From: a virus
Virus record (IMG/VR): IMGVR_UViG_3300025012_000031
Span: 91,099 to 155,098 of that record
DNA length: 64,000 nucleotides
Strand: one strand, 5' to 3'
Part shown: positions 7,318 to 17,011 of the stretch, in pieces
Layout: each line of letters begins with the position of its first letter
How positions within the stretch are numbered: the first letter of the stretch is position 1
Notes under the pieces: generated by a model
Database searches by the model: none
What the model saw: the letters and a program-made list of their open reading frames with translations, nothing else
What the model was told of the DNA's origin: nothing
Made by a program: the position numbers and the translations under genes

Positions 7318-7881
7318 TTACTTTCGGAGCTTCATACCGTTTTCAACACCGGTCTTCTGGGCTTCGACGGCCATGCCCGACTTGATGACTTTCATGTCAT
7401 CCATGTTGATCTTCGGAAAACCGAACAGACCTTTGAGGACGAAGTTGTTGGGAAACGTATCAAGCATCGTTTCGTATTGAGCTTTCATATCAAGCAACTT
7501 CTTCTGTTCGTTTTCAAAGGCATTACGGCCGGCGACGATCTCTGTTTGAATATTTGCATAGAGAGAAGAATCGAAATCGATGTTGCGTTCTTTGAGCCAC
7601 AACATTGCCTGCTCGGAACCATTCGGGCCGTACGTTCCGCTGATTGCCCCCTTCAGAACATCGCCGTAGTCAGCTTTGTACATTTCGGGAATTTGCGCCA
7701 TCTCGACGATCTTGTTGCTGTACTGCGAGAGGTTGTTCAGCTTCTGTTCGTTCTGTGCAAAGAGGCGTTTCTCGGTTCCGGTGGCGGTGTTGTAGGCGCC
7801 GATGAGTTTGCCGGCCATAAGTACGCCGACACAGGTAAGAGCTCCAACAATGCACAGGGCGATGATAGTACCTTTTTTCAT
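7318..7881 (-). CDS. LemA-like membrane-anchored protein
   Basis: N-terminal transmembrane helix, YN, I...RN.F...Y...FPN pattern. Confidence 0.7.
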   Translation of the reverse strand: MKKGTIIALCIVGALTCVGVLMAGKLIGAYNTATGTEKRLFAQNEQKLNNLSQYSNKIVEMAQIPEMYKADYGDVLKGAISGTYGPNGSEQAMLWLKERNIDFDSSLYANIQTEIVAGRNAFENEQKKLLDMKAQYETMLDTFPNNFVLKGLFGFPKINMDDMKVIKSGMAVEAQKTGVENGMKLRK

Positions 7882-7915
7882 TTGTGTTCCTTTCGTTCTC
7901 TGTTTGGGGTTGATG

Positions 7916-9037
7916 TTACCAGCGACGTTTCATATCGCCAGAAGTCTTGTTCCATGTTTTTCGTTCAGTGCCGAAAACATCATTTTTGTAGAAGAAGAAT
8001 GTTAATCCAATACTACCTCCGATCGAAACGATTGCTGCCAAAATAAGGACCCATGTTGGTGGTTCAATGTTATCTTTTAGATATTCATAATCCTCCATGT
8101 TCATTTTTTTGTAGTGCTTTTCGATGTTCGCTTTCATTACGGCTGGTGCTAATTGAACGGTATCTTCATTCAGCTCTTTGAACTTTTCGAGATTGGCTCG
8201 GAGATTTGCCTTAAGATGTTCATTATCCCATGACATAATCCTAACCCAGTCGATCTTCGGATAATTTGGAACACCGAAAACAACAACCACATCATTCTTC
8301 TTGCCGCCCACCCATTCTTTTTCGAGTGCGTGGATGTACGCTGAATTGTTTGACTTGACGAAAATCGTTGACAGATTGACCTTTTTCTTCGGACCTAACT
8401 TCTTGTTGATGTCGTTGATTGCAGAGTTCCATTCTTTAAAATCTTTTAGTGGAACACCCATCGAAACAACACTGTCTTTTCGATAATAGTCATAAATTTT
8501 ATCAGGATATGGCGGGATCAGCCCAGCAAATTCTTCGGTACTAAACTCTGAATCATTAAACAGTGAACCGGATGATGCCCTGATGTAATTTGTATATGTT
8601 CGAGACGAGGAGAACGGATCACCAATCCTTGCAGCCGTCCATCGGGGTGGTTCTTTTACTCCTCTTTCATCAATTCGGTTAATCCTTACACCGATTCCGG
8701 TTGATGCGTACACATTCCAATCGAAGTCATTGTCATGATCATAACAGGTTTGGCAGGTTGTAATTGAACCGCCTTTCGAGTCGGTCGGTATCGTGACACA
8801 GTTACATTGGTATGAATGTTCACATGAAACCGTTTCTCGCGTTTTCTCGACAACCTCATCATTCCAAACTTCCGTATCAGTCATCGCCGAGGAACGACCC
8901 ATGGCAACAATGCCGACACAAACAACAGTGATGATGACGAGCTGTAGGCCGAGTTCTTTCCAACAAATCTTGTGGGGCCAAATCATTTTTGTAATCCAGG
9001 CCCAGATGATTGGAAACAAGAGGATCAGATAAATCAT
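7916..9037 (-). CDS. conserved phage membrane protein
   Basis: Two N-terminal and one C-terminal TM segments; CEHSYQCNC; WVGGKKND. Confidence 0.8.
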   Translation of the reverse strand: MIYLILLFPIIWAWITKMIWPHKICWKELGLQLVIITVVCVGIVAMGRSSAMTDTEVWNDEVVEKTRETVSCEHSYQCNCVTIPTDSKGGSITTCQTCYDHDNDFDWNVYASTGIGVRINRIDERGVKEPPRWTAARIGDPFSSSRTYTNYIRASSGSLFNDSEFSTEEFAGLIPPYPDKIYDYYRKDSVVSMGVPLKDFKEWNSAINDINKKLGPKKKVNLSTIFVKSNNSAYIHALEKEWVGGKKNDVVVVFGVPNYPKIDWVRIMSWDNEHLKANLRANLEKFKELNEDTVQLAPAVMKANIEKHYKKMNMEDYEYLKDNIEPPTWVLILAAIVSIGGSIGLTFFFYKNDVFGTERKTWNKTSGDMKRRW

Positions 9038-9342
9038 TGATGTTTTCTCCTAACTTGATTTATGTTCCGTTAATTGTCAGAGTAAAATATCAAAGAATGC
9101 GGTGAATGTAAATAGAAAAATGCACCATGATGTAATTTATGTTATCGAAGATAAATGGAGCTATCATCTTGATATCCGCACGTCGGACACGCCATGATAC
9201 ACACCCTCCCAATATAAATTTCGGTGTCACCGTTTGAACAATAAGGGTCTTTGCATGTAGAGAATTCTTCAAGTTCAATGTTGCAGTTTGGGCACGTCAT
9301 TTCTTTTCCTTTATAATGTTGGGCTTGCTCGGAAATGTTGTC

Positions 9343-9630
9343 TTAATTGACCTTTAATTGGGGGATGGCATCCCCCAATTGTTTGCGGGCCGCATTTACA
9401 AAATCGTAGCTGGCACCCTTGCCCGCTAGAACGGCTTTACACAATGTATTGATGTTATTACGAATCATATCTTGTGTAGCAATAACAAGATACTGTTTGT
9501 GGTCTTCTTTCTCCTGGAGAGCTCTGTTATACTCAATCTCGTTCATTCGCTTTTGGTGCTGAAGTTGTTCTTCACGTTCAGCAATCTCAAGACGGCGACA
9601 CTCTTTTTCATAATTTTCTACTTCCATCAT
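9343..9630 (-). CDS. hypothetical coiled-coil protein
   Basis: ORF with AAAGG SD. Confidence 0.65.
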   Translation of the reverse strand: MMEVENYEKECRRLEIAEREEQLQHQKRMNEIEYNRALQEKEDHKQYLVIATQDMIRNNINTLCKAVLAGKGASYDFVNAARKQLGDAIPQLKVN

Positions 9631-9667
9631 TATAACCTTTCGTTTGAGCGAGCAAGCCCATTACATC

Positions 9668-10159
9668 TTACAGTTGACCGAAGGCAGCAGCAATTGCCCA
9701 ACAATCATTTTCTTTATCAAGCAGGTCCCTGAGTTTATGTAGGCGACCACAAAATTCTGAAGTCGTGAGAACTGTTTCGTTCGTCTTCCTCTTCCCCATT
9801 GAGTGACAAAAGACGGCGTTCCCTGAAGCGCGTAGTGCATTACGGAATCCTTCGTTCTGAAGAAACATGGAAAGATATGCGCTGTCGAGGAGACGTTGAT
9901 ACCCATCGCTATCACGGTGATATTTGACACCGTCCCAATAGAGAGTTTGTGTTCTGTACCAATTCTTTTTCTTCCCACGAAACTTCGCAGCCTTTCCGAC
10001 GAGCTTACAGACTTCCTTTTGGATTTCCGGATTCTCAAACTTAAAACTTTGTAACAGCCCCTCCATCCCCGCGCATTCAACGCCACGAAAGACAAACGGA
10101 TGAACCGCGAAGTTACTCAACTTATTTGATGGGAACGAACCACCCGATGATATGTCCAT
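9668..10159 (-). CDS. NADAR-family protein (T4 gp30.3-like)
   Basis: LSNFA.HPFV..GV.C..MEG.LQ..K; QTLYW.G; QN.GFR.AL; H.MG...TVLT..EF. Confidence 0.85.
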   Translation of the reverse strand: MDISSGGSFPSNKLSNFAVHPFVFRGVECAGMEGLLQSFKFENPEIQKEVCKLVGKAAKFRGKKKNWYRTQTLYWDGVKYHRDSDGYQRLLDSAYLSMFLQNEGFRNALRASGNAVFCHSMGKRKTNETVLTTSEFCGRLHKLRDLLDKENDCWAIAAAFGQL

Positions 10160-10181
10160 TATTTATCCTTCATCTTTCTGT

Positions 10182-10589
10182 CTACCAAGACGCGGTGATT
10201 TCGGCTATCCATACTTCCATGCCGTCCCACGGATCATCTATTCCAGAGGAGTGGTGTGTATAATTATCAAGTCTTGTGTTAATAGTAAAACCATCGCTTT
10301 GTAGTTTTGAAAAGAATGATTTTAAGTCGCCGTTTTTTATTGCCGAATAGACCGTGCTCTCCATGAATTCATGTTTATTGCAGTCCATCACAAATTTATT
10401 TTTACCAGCTGCAATTGCCTTCTTCACATTCTCATCAAAAGACTTGGTTTGATATCCAATGTAGTCAATGAGAAACTTTTCATAATATGACTTTGAAATA
10501 GCAAGTTGTTTTTTTCGCTTTTCTTGCTCTTCTTTTTGTTTTTTATTAATTTCTTCATCTAATAATTGTCTTGCATCCGATGCTTTCAT
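10182..10589 (-). CDS. hypothetical protein
   Basis: AGGAG SD; operon. Confidence 0.7.
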   Translation of the reverse strand: MKASDARQLLDEEINKKQKEEQEKRKKQLAISKSYYEKFLIDYIGYQTKSFDENVKKAIAAGKNKFVMDCNKHEFMESTVYSAIKNGDLKSFFSKLQSDGFTINTRLDNYTHHSSGIDDPWDGMEVWIAEITASW

Positions 10590-10599
10590 GATCTACTCC

Positions 10600-10818
10600 T
10601 TATTTTCTTTGAGCAAGGATATTAACTAAACGTTCGAACTGTAAGATGATACTCACCAGATGTTGGGCGGAGTCGTCACCTTCATATGCCAACTTTTCTA
10701 AGTTAAGCATTGCTGTTTTAACCTTAACAAGTTCAACCCCGCCGTCGGTACACGCAAACACATCGATAATTCTAACGATAGAATTTTGTATCGGAGATTC
10801 TTTAATGAATGTCGACAT
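10600..10818 (-). CDS. hypothetical protein
   Basis: Operon-packed ORF. Confidence 0.65.
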   Translation of the reverse strand: MSTFIKESPIQNSIVRIIDVFACTDGGVELVKVKTAMLNLEKLAYEGDDSAQHLVSIILQFERLVNILAQRK

Positions 10819-10820
10819 TT

Positions 10821-11120
10821 TTAATGATCCTCGATTGGATTTTCCTTCTCGTATTTCTTGTATAGGTCGGCTACATAATTTGGGTTCTCACAATGATTGT
10901 ATGCATACCCAAATCCAAAACCAAAGAACCTGATGACGCCCGCACAGATATAATCCCAACTTTTTCTGTTAGAGTAAACGATCGCGGTCTGAAAGAAGAT
11001 CGCCTTTTGAATTTTACTCCGAACAATAAGTGGCCAATATATTTCAACCGAATGCAGCTTGCAGAAAATTTGTACTCTATCAGAGCAGATGTAACAGTGT
11101 TTAAACCTTTTGAGTATCAT
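10821..11120 (-). CDS. hypothetical protein
   Basis: Operon-packed ORF with SD. Confidence 0.6.
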   Translation of the reverse strand: MILKRFKHCYICSDRVQIFCKLHSVEIYWPLIVRSKIQKAIFFQTAIVYSNRKSWDYICAGVIRFFGFGFGYAYNHCENPNYVADLYKKYEKENPIEDH

Positions 11121-11131
11121 GTTAGTTCCTT

Positions 11132-11401
11132 TCAGATTGGTTTAGAGACATCTTTATATTGATAAAACCCCTGCTTGTATCTTTGGTAGTACATTGTATT
11201 GTCACCAAGTAGGTCCATATCAATTCCTCTACGAATCTCATCAAAGAACGAGTATCCGCATACACATGTGTATTTGTTTTTATGAACTAAAATCAATCCA
11301 TCCTTTGTCTTTCTTACATAGGGATAAGGATGTTCCACCAAAGGAACATGATCTTCTTTTCCACAGTATGGGCAAATTGGTTTGTTCATTATATAGTCCA
11401 C
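11132..11401 (-). CDS. zinc-ribbon hypothetical protein
   Basis: CPYCG...CVCG. Confidence 0.6.
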   Translation of the reverse strand: MDYIMNKPICPYCGKEDHVPLVEHPYPYVRKTKDGLILVHKNKYTCVCGYSFFDEIRRGIDMDLLGDNTMYYQRYKQGFYQYKDVSKPI

Positions 11402-11640
11402 GTGATGCAGTCAACATTATTTTTCTTATAGAAAGAGATGATAACTTCCTTGGCAATGGGGTGCATTTTGTAGGCGGTCCCTTCTATTTCGCTAAGGTCC
11501 CAACAAATTGTTCCATCACCATCACTCGGTAAGAAATCACTTTCGTTAGCGATAAATTCATGAAGCTCGTTCCAGTCATGACCCAATTCTTGACCGTGCT
11601 CTAAGAGTTCGCTCCAATCAGCAAGGTTAACTGTTTTCAT
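11389..11640 (-). CDS. hypothetical protein
   Basis: Operon-packed ORF. Confidence 0.65.
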   Translation of the reverse strand: MKTVNLADWSELLEHGQELGHDWNELHEFIANESDFLPSDGDGTICWDLSEIEGTAYKMHPIAKEVIISFYKKNNVDCITWTI

Positions 11641-11644
11641 TTAT

Positions 11645-11944
11645 CTATGTCTCCTTATTTAAGTAAGCCGCATACCTAGCGAGGATTTCTCCATGACATG
11701 GTAGGGGAGCACAAAAGCAGACAAGAATCTTACCATGAAGGTCCTTGACTGCCTTTGCAAATTCAACATCTTTTGTGATTTTATCTTTAAGATAAGTTTC
11801 GTATTTGCGGAGGGTTGATCCGCGAGCAGATTCTTTTGGGAGATGATATGGATTACCGAATATGCTTGGTCTGGCGATGTAGACGTACCGCGGGTCATTC
11901 TTCCAACCACGCGGTGCATCTACAATATTAATTACATGCGTCAA
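11645..11944 (-). CDS. DUF4326-family protein
   Basis: VYIARPSIFGNPY...L.GK.L.CFCAP.PCHG.IL. Confidence 0.88.
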   Translation of the reverse strand: MTHVINIVDAPRGWKNDPRYVYIARPSIFGNPYHLPKESARGSTLRKYETYLKDKITKDVEFAKAVKDLHGKILVCFCAPLPCHGEILARYAAYLNKET

Positions 11945-13007
11945 TTTTGTATGTCTCGTCAGGCAAACTATTCAGCACGGATTTATTGAATGTAACCAAC
12001 TTCTTGTTACACCCATAAAGACATTTAGCCGACATCACCTTATGAACGCTGAATTTCTTTGCTCGGCGAAACACCGATTCTAACGGCCAATCAGCGATGT
12101 TATCACCGGTGTGAGATGTTCCGTCGCGATACAAGTGCGAGCAGTTAGCAACATCACCGTATTCATTCACGACGAGTTCTGACAACTGAAGATAACACGG
12201 AACATGGCGATTGTCTTCAAAGCGAACACCAGCCGTGAATGTAGTCTTGTCGTGAGAAGCATTAAACAAAAACTTTGATTCCCCATCTTCGTGTGCCTCG
12301 AATAGAAAATCAAGTTCTGGCTTGATGTCATTAAACAAATGATCGATGCTTTCTTCTGTGAATACGAATCGCTCGTTCGTTCCTTTGTATGCCGAAAAGA
12401 ATGCTGCATACAGATTCGGTAGCTCGTTATAATACATCTTAAGGAACGGAACAATGTGATCCAGATTCTCCCTGGTCATCGTATATGTAATAGAGGTGAT
12501 CGGACGAATATCTTCCGGTAATTTATTGATACGACGAAGATTTGTCAGGACACTATAGAATGATCCTTGTATACCCACCAACGAATCAAAGTAACCGGCA
12601 TCATGAGAATCAAGAGAAACTTTCAATCTCTTAATATAACGGAGTGTTTCCATCGGGATGAATGTGACAAGATTTGTGTTAAGATGAAACTGCACCGAGG
12701 GAAACATCCTTCCCAACCGAGCAATGTCACTATATAGCCAAGGAACACAGGAAGGTTCCCCACCGGTGATATGAAGAATACCCCCACCCATTTCATGATA
12801 TTCACGAACGAGTTCACTGAACAGACGCCGATCAAGACTCTTCGGGGAACGCTCTTCATTGCAGTAGCTGCACTTGAGATTACAAGCAGAAGTTATATGT
12901 AAAGATAATCTTCTAAGATTTGGAAGTTCGTTCTTCAATAGACTATCAATTGTCTCCCCTATTCGCATTTCAAATAAATCCCAATATTTCGCTCCCGGAT
13001 TGCTCAT
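11928..13007 (-). CDS. radical SAM enzyme with C-terminal Cys cluster
   Basis: CNLKCSYC, ITGGEP, LNTN, VSLDS; C-terminal PC...G.V..C...C.YGC. Confidence 0.92.
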   Translation of the reverse strand: MSNPGAKYWDLFEMRIGETIDSLLKNELPNLRRLSLHITSACNLKCSYCNEERSPKSLDRRLFSELVREYHEMGGGILHITGGEPSCVPWLYSDIARLGRMFPSVQFHLNTNLVTFIPMETLRYIKRLKVSLDSHDAGYFDSLVGIQGSFYSVLTNLRRINKLPEDIRPITSITYTMTRENLDHIVPFLKMYYNELPNLYAAFFSAYKGTNERFVFTEESIDHLFNDIKPELDFLFEAHEDGESKFLFNASHDKTTFTAGVRFEDNRHVPCYLQLSELVVNEYGDVANCSHLYRDGTSHTGDNIADWPLESVFRRAKKFSVHKVMSAKCLYGCNKKLVTFNKSVLNSLPDETYKIDACN

Positions 13008-13824
13008 TTTCTAATTCCTTCCTTATTTTATTATTTCGTTTTGTCTCTGCTATTTTTCTTTTTGTTTCTTCTGTATGTTTTCTCCTAGGCCTATTTTTTA
13101 ATTTCATTCTTGTTTCTTCAGAAATTCCTGGCCTATTTTTTGCTGATTCTGATTGTTTTCTTTTTGTTTCTGGTGAAAATGTTTTTCCTATATTACTAAT
13201 TCCAATTTTCTTTCGATGTTCCTCCGTTAAACAAATACCCTTTGTAGACTTCCCCACCTTTTTCCCAACTTCCTTAAATTTTTCTTTCATAACATCAGTC
13301 ATGAATCTACCCAACACCCACCCGTTTTTTATTAGATCATCGATTTCTGTTAAATGCGCCGGGCGAGATATGACTCCATTATTCAACCAAGATGTTCCTT
13401 TATTCCCACCCGGATATGTATTTCTATCTCTATTTTTGTGAGACAGTTTTATTTTTTCTATATGATCATTTTTTAATTTGTCTGTACCATTTTTTTCTCT
13501 CGTTAATCTTTTCCTATTTTTACATTCGTCACTCTTTTGATATGTATTATATTGTTTTTTTAACCATTCATAATTTCTACTATTATATTTTTTGAAATTA
13601 CTCATCATCACGGCTGCACAACATAAACTAGAATTTTTATATATCTTTGCTAATAATAAATGACACACGAAATGTTCTCTTAATGTTAAATATGCAAAAT
13701 TATCTTCTATATCTGAACCACCGATACATCGTGGTAAAATATGATGTCTTTCGTATTTTACTTCGGATTTTATTCTATTAACACTATTTGAAATTATCAG
13801 CTCGTAAATTTTTGTGTAATTCAT
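12970..13824 (-). CDS. HNH homing endonuclease with NUMOD3 repeats
   Basis: ERHHILPRCIGG...N...LT.REHFVCH.LL; TEEHRKKI/SEETR repeats; start MNYTKIY after GGAG. Confidence 0.92.
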   Translation of the reverse strand: MNYTKIYELIISNSVNRIKSEVKYERHHILPRCIGGSDIEDNFAYLTLREHFVCHLLLAKIYKNSSLCCAAVMMSNFKKYNSRNYEWLKKQYNTYQKSDECKNRKRLTREKNGTDKLKNDHIEKIKLSHKNRDRNTYPGGNKGTSWLNNGVISRPAHLTEIDDLIKNGWVLGRFMTDVMKEKFKEVGKKVGKSTKGICLTEEHRKKIGISNIGKTFSPETKRKQSESAKNRPGISEETRMKLKNRPRRKHTEETKRKIAETKRNNKIRKELENEQSGSEILGFI

Positions 13825-13847
13825 ATAATAGGCTCCTGTTTTATTTT

Positions 13848-13855
13848 TATTTATA
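13848..13855 (-). promoter_or_regulatory. late promoter in hairpin
   Basis: TATAAATA within CTGTTTTAT/ATAAAACAG. Confidence 0.7.
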
Positions 13856-13877
13856 AAACAGTTAACCAATTAGTGCA

Positions 13878-13929
13878 TTATGCAAAGCTGCACTTAAGAT
13901 TGCATTTATTTATGATATGTCAAATTCAT
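13878..13929 (-). pseudogene. frameshifted relic of a radical SAM CxxxCxxC-coding segment
   Basis: Reads HIINKCNLKCSF; 17/19 nt match to the motif in the 11928-13007 gene. Confidence 0.65.
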
Positions 13930-13937
13930 AGAGGCGA

Positions 13938-13966
13938 ATTATATCACACTTTGGGTGTGGTGTCAA
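13938..13966 (-). promoter_or_regulatory. sigma70-type promoter
   Basis: TTGACA-17-TATAAT. Confidence 0.9.
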
Positions 13967-14240
13967 CAACTAAAAAGGCCACCAGAAGGCAGCCTAAAGT
14001 TTAATAAGGAAATTTTTAATTAAACTTTATTCATAAAATAAACACCCAGACGGCAATCAGAATCTTCCGCTTCAATTTGGCCGAAATCATGACAAGGAAG
14101 ATCTTTGTAGTAAGGTCTGTCATGTAAAGCACAAAGGTATTCTCCGTATGTTGTTGTTTGTTGTTCGTGATTAAACAATAACAAAATACGAAGATGGTGT
14201 CAATAGATTTTTTCATATAGATGATTTTTATTTTGAAATG

Positions 14241-14280
14241 AAAAAGGACTTCAAGGAAATTAATCCAAGAAGTCCTTTTT
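14241..14280 (-). terminator. intrinsic terminator
   Basis: AAAAAGGACTT/AAGTCCTTTTT inverted repeat after the 14281 stop. Confidence 0.7.
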
Positions 14281-14601
14281 TCATTTGCCCTTCATTGTTC
14301 TGTACCAATGGCGATAAAGCGCCTTCCAATCGGGTTCATCCCTTTTATCGGTAAGACTACGGGGATTGAAGGCGTGACCGAATTTCTTCATGTCACGATT
14401 GACGCCCTCTACCTCTTGTTGCCATGTTCTTGACCAGCCCCAATCACGAATGTCATATTGACAGTAGGCCTTTTTGTAATTTGATCCGTCGGCAAATGTC
14501 TTGCCGCCACGCATCATTGCTCTGACTTTCCCATTAGCCAACCGTTTCCCAACAGTTGGGCAATCTCCACAGAACGGATGTTTCTTGAAACTTCTGCTCA
14601 T
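14281..14601 (-). CDS. basic protein, MSRSxKK family
   Basis: MSRSFKKHP...K..AN.KVR...YKK.Y..YDI.D; GAGGAGG SD. Confidence 0.8.
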   Translation of the reverse strand: MSRSFKKHPFCGDCPTVGKRLANGKVRAMMRGGKTFADGSNYKKAYCQYDIRDWGWSRTWQQEVEGVNRDMKKFGHAFNPRSLTDKRDEPDWKALYRHWYRTMKGK

Positions 14602-14609
14602 AAAAGTAC

Positions 14610-14677
14610 CTCCTCGGATTGTATTAGTGTAACTACAAACCGTGAGTGCATTTTCCTTTTACAAGATAGTGACGCAT
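14610..14677 (-). promoter_or_regulatory. uORF (14 aa, 14633-14677) plus SD-sequestering hairpin
   Basis: GGAG-ATG MRHYLVKGKCTHGL*; CTCACGGTTTGTA pairs with TACAATCCGAGGAG. Confidence 0.7.
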
Positions 14678-14693
14678 ATTTGCGCTCCGTTGT

Positions 14694-15143
14694 TTAAGGG
14701 CGGTTATATTTCACGAAGGTCTTTTTGACCTCATCCCGGAATTCGCCGAGAGTCAATTGCCTGAAATAATACGAGCAGCTGACGGTAAAGTTATTTATGG
14801 CGGCCCGGAGAATGTAATGGCGGTCACAGTCTTTGTTCGGGTTGATGTAGATCACGGGCTTTCCAGTAAGGGCGTTTTGAATGGCGATCTCCCGGCCGGT
14901 TTCTTTCACGAACGTGTCGCCGTGATTGATGAGCGCCAAACCGAATTTGATTTTCCCATCGTCATCAATGACGGCTGCGAGTGTACCGATGCCTTTGCCG
15001 TCATAATTGCGGATGTGGGCGATCTTCATTTGTCTTTTACCTTTGGTTTCCATCTGTTTATTTCCCTTCGTTAGTTTGGCCAACAGACACTTGAAAATCA
15101 TCATGTATGAGGGCGGTTGTTTATTGGGGTCGAATGAAAACAT
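14694..15143 (-). CDS. hypothetical protein
   Basis: G.....D.F.K..GR.IA motif; start uncertain. Confidence 0.65.
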   Translation of the reverse strand: MFSFDPNKQPPSYMMIFKCLLAKLTKGNKQMETKGKRQMKIAHIRNYDGKGIGTLAAVIDDDGKIKFGLALINHGDTFVKETGREIAIQNALTGKPVIYINPNKDCDRHYILRAAINNFTVSCSYYFRQLTLGEFRDEVKKTFVKYNRP

Positions 15144-15145
15144 GA

Positions 15146-15463
15146 TTACACCCGAGCCATGACAAAGTTTTCGTACTGTGGTCCGAGAAAATATTTCTTT
15201 GCACTTCGGCAGAATGTCACCAGCCCCGCATGTTTAAGAACACGGAATGTCGTTGAGTGGCACCCGTTCATCACCATGCCCTGCGTATTGTAACCAAGCC
15301 GAACGAGGATTTCGTTCTTTGACATCGGTCCGTGTTTCTCGATGCTTTCCATCATCCGCAAGTAAACAGACTTCTTTCCGTCGGCGGTAACAGGCCGATT
15401 GAGATTGAATTCTTTGCATCCCGGTACGTCCGGTGATTGGAATCTGTTTTCACTTCTTGTCAT
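15146..15463 (-). CDS. hypothetical protein, possible winged helix
   Basis: AAGGAG SD; helix pattern followed by a beta hairpin. Confidence 0.6.
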   Translation of the reverse strand: MTRSENRFQSPDVPGCKEFNLNRPVTADGKKSVYLRMMESIEKHGPMSKNEILVRLGYNTQGMVMNGCHSTTFRVLKHAGLVTFCRSAKKYFLGPQYENFVMARV

Positions 15464-15527
15464 GATTTTGTTGATCTCCTTCGTTCGTTGATTGATTAAA
15501 GCAATTTATCAAAATTTGCTTGCGATG

Positions 15528-16136
15528 TCAACCACTTTTTGCTATGATATAGACATCTTTATTTTTGAGTTGTCTTTCATATTCAAGAACATCATCGGCA
15601 TATCTTGCACATACCTTCCATCGTAGGCCGGCGTGCCCGCCATTATAGAAACGTAGGGCATCTCGCTTATTTGGATACTCGCTCATCAGTGTATTCATGA
15701 TGAAGTCACAGGCTGCGAGATTTTGCTCAATCTTATAATAATCATCCATTCCACGTATGATGCCCGCCTTCTTTAATGCCTTATGCCAGTATCGTGGAAT
15801 GATGCCCGTTAAACCTTTTGCTCCCTTATGACTAATTGCACTCTTGTTGAAAGAAGATTCTCGTAAAGTAATAGCGATGATTAATTCCGGTTGAGATGTT
15901 TTCATCGCGGCGATTACGATACGATCAATGTATTCTTCGCTGAGGGTCGGATCAAAGTCATATATGAAATCTGCTATTCGTTCTTTTCTTACGAAGAACT
16001 GGTTGCTGATGTCGCCCGCAACCAGTTCTTCGGCGGATTTCATACTTGGTATATTTTGTCTTTTCATCACCGTATTGATACCTAGAATAGTAAAGATACC
16101 TATCAGGCACAAGATGATAAAATTACGATTTTTCAT
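15528..16136 (-). CDS. lytic transglycosylase (SLT domain)
   Basis: RESSFN..AIS..GAKGL.GI, N, YNGG; N-terminal hydrophobic anchor. Confidence 0.9.
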   Translation of the reverse strand: MKNRNFIILCLIGIFTILGINTVMKRQNIPSMKSAEELVAGDISNQFFVRKERIADFIYDFDPTLSEEYIDRIVIAAMKTSQPELIIAITLRESSFNKSAISHKGAKGLTGIIPRYWHKALKKAGIIRGMDDYYKIEQNLAACDFIMNTLMSEYPNKRDALRFYNGGHAGLRWKVCARYADDVLEYERQLKNKDVYIIAKSG

Positions 16137-17011
16137 TATCCTGATACTCCGTGAACGATGACCTCCCGCGGGATGTTAAACGGATTGTCTCGTTTGAATT
16201 TTGTTGCGTTATGGCGCTTGATGACAGGGCAGCCGGGAATCACGTCATTCTTGTTGATGCAGAATGCAAGGAGTCGACAATCGACCTCTGCATACGAATC
16301 GACCCCAAGTTGGTCAAGATCAGAATTTGTGATACCAAGACCGTCGGTCGGCGTCGCATCAATGCAGGCATAAAGAGCTTCAGCAGGACGAAGTGCAATT
16401 AGATCGCCGCTAAGACCAGCTTCTCTGCGGTATTCATCGGCCATGAATTTCGCGAGACCATAAACTTCAGTCTTCCAAAGCTGTTGAATCATGCCGTAGT
16501 CGCCGACGTCACCGTGTAGTGTCCAGAATCCGAGTGCGAGTTCGGTGAGATTGTCTGTCGAAAGGACAAGACCTTTATACATCGATGCGATATGGTAGAG
16601 CTGAATCATCCGCACTCGAGCTTTGACGTTGCCGCGCCGAATCTTGATGCCGAACTCGATTTCATCTTCGGTCGCATCGTCCGAAATATAAAAAGCGGCT
16701 TCTTCATAATTTTCCATCGGGTCATAAAGACCACGGAACGACCTCGTCATATCAATTGTCGCAAAATCTTGGCAGAAGTGCAAACCGATAGCCGTGCCCC
16801 TGGCGGTTTCTTCCTTTGAGTTCGTTTCAATCGGTAGGCATCGACCGATGACGGGAACACCGCATTCTGAAGCAAGGGCCGCCACGAGTGCCGAGTCAAT
16901 TCCTCCAGATAATCCGATAACGAGGGCCTGGATGTTATTTGCTGCAATGTACTCTTTGGTCTCGCGAAGGATGTTCTCCTTCATCTTTGCATAGTCTGTT
17001 CTGAATTTCAT
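16136..17011 (-). CDS. nadE: NH3-dependent NAD+ synthetase
   Basis: GLSGGIDSA, GNVKARVRM, TDNLTE..LGF.TLHGD, K.EVY.LA, PTDGL. Confidence 0.95.
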   Translation of the reverse strand: MKFRTDYAKMKENILRETKEYIAANNIQALVIGLSGGIDSALVAALASECGVPVIGRCLPIETNSKEETARGTAIGLHFCQDFATIDMTRSFRGLYDPMENYEEAAFYISDDATEDEIEFGIKIRRGNVKARVRMIQLYHIASMYKGLVLSTDNLTELALGFWTLHGDVGDYGMIQQLWKTEVYGLAKFMADEYRREAGLSGDLIALRPAEALYACIDATPTDGLGITNSDLDQLGVDSYAEVDCRLLAFCINKNDVIPGCPVIKRHNATKFKRDNPFNIPREVIVHGVSG

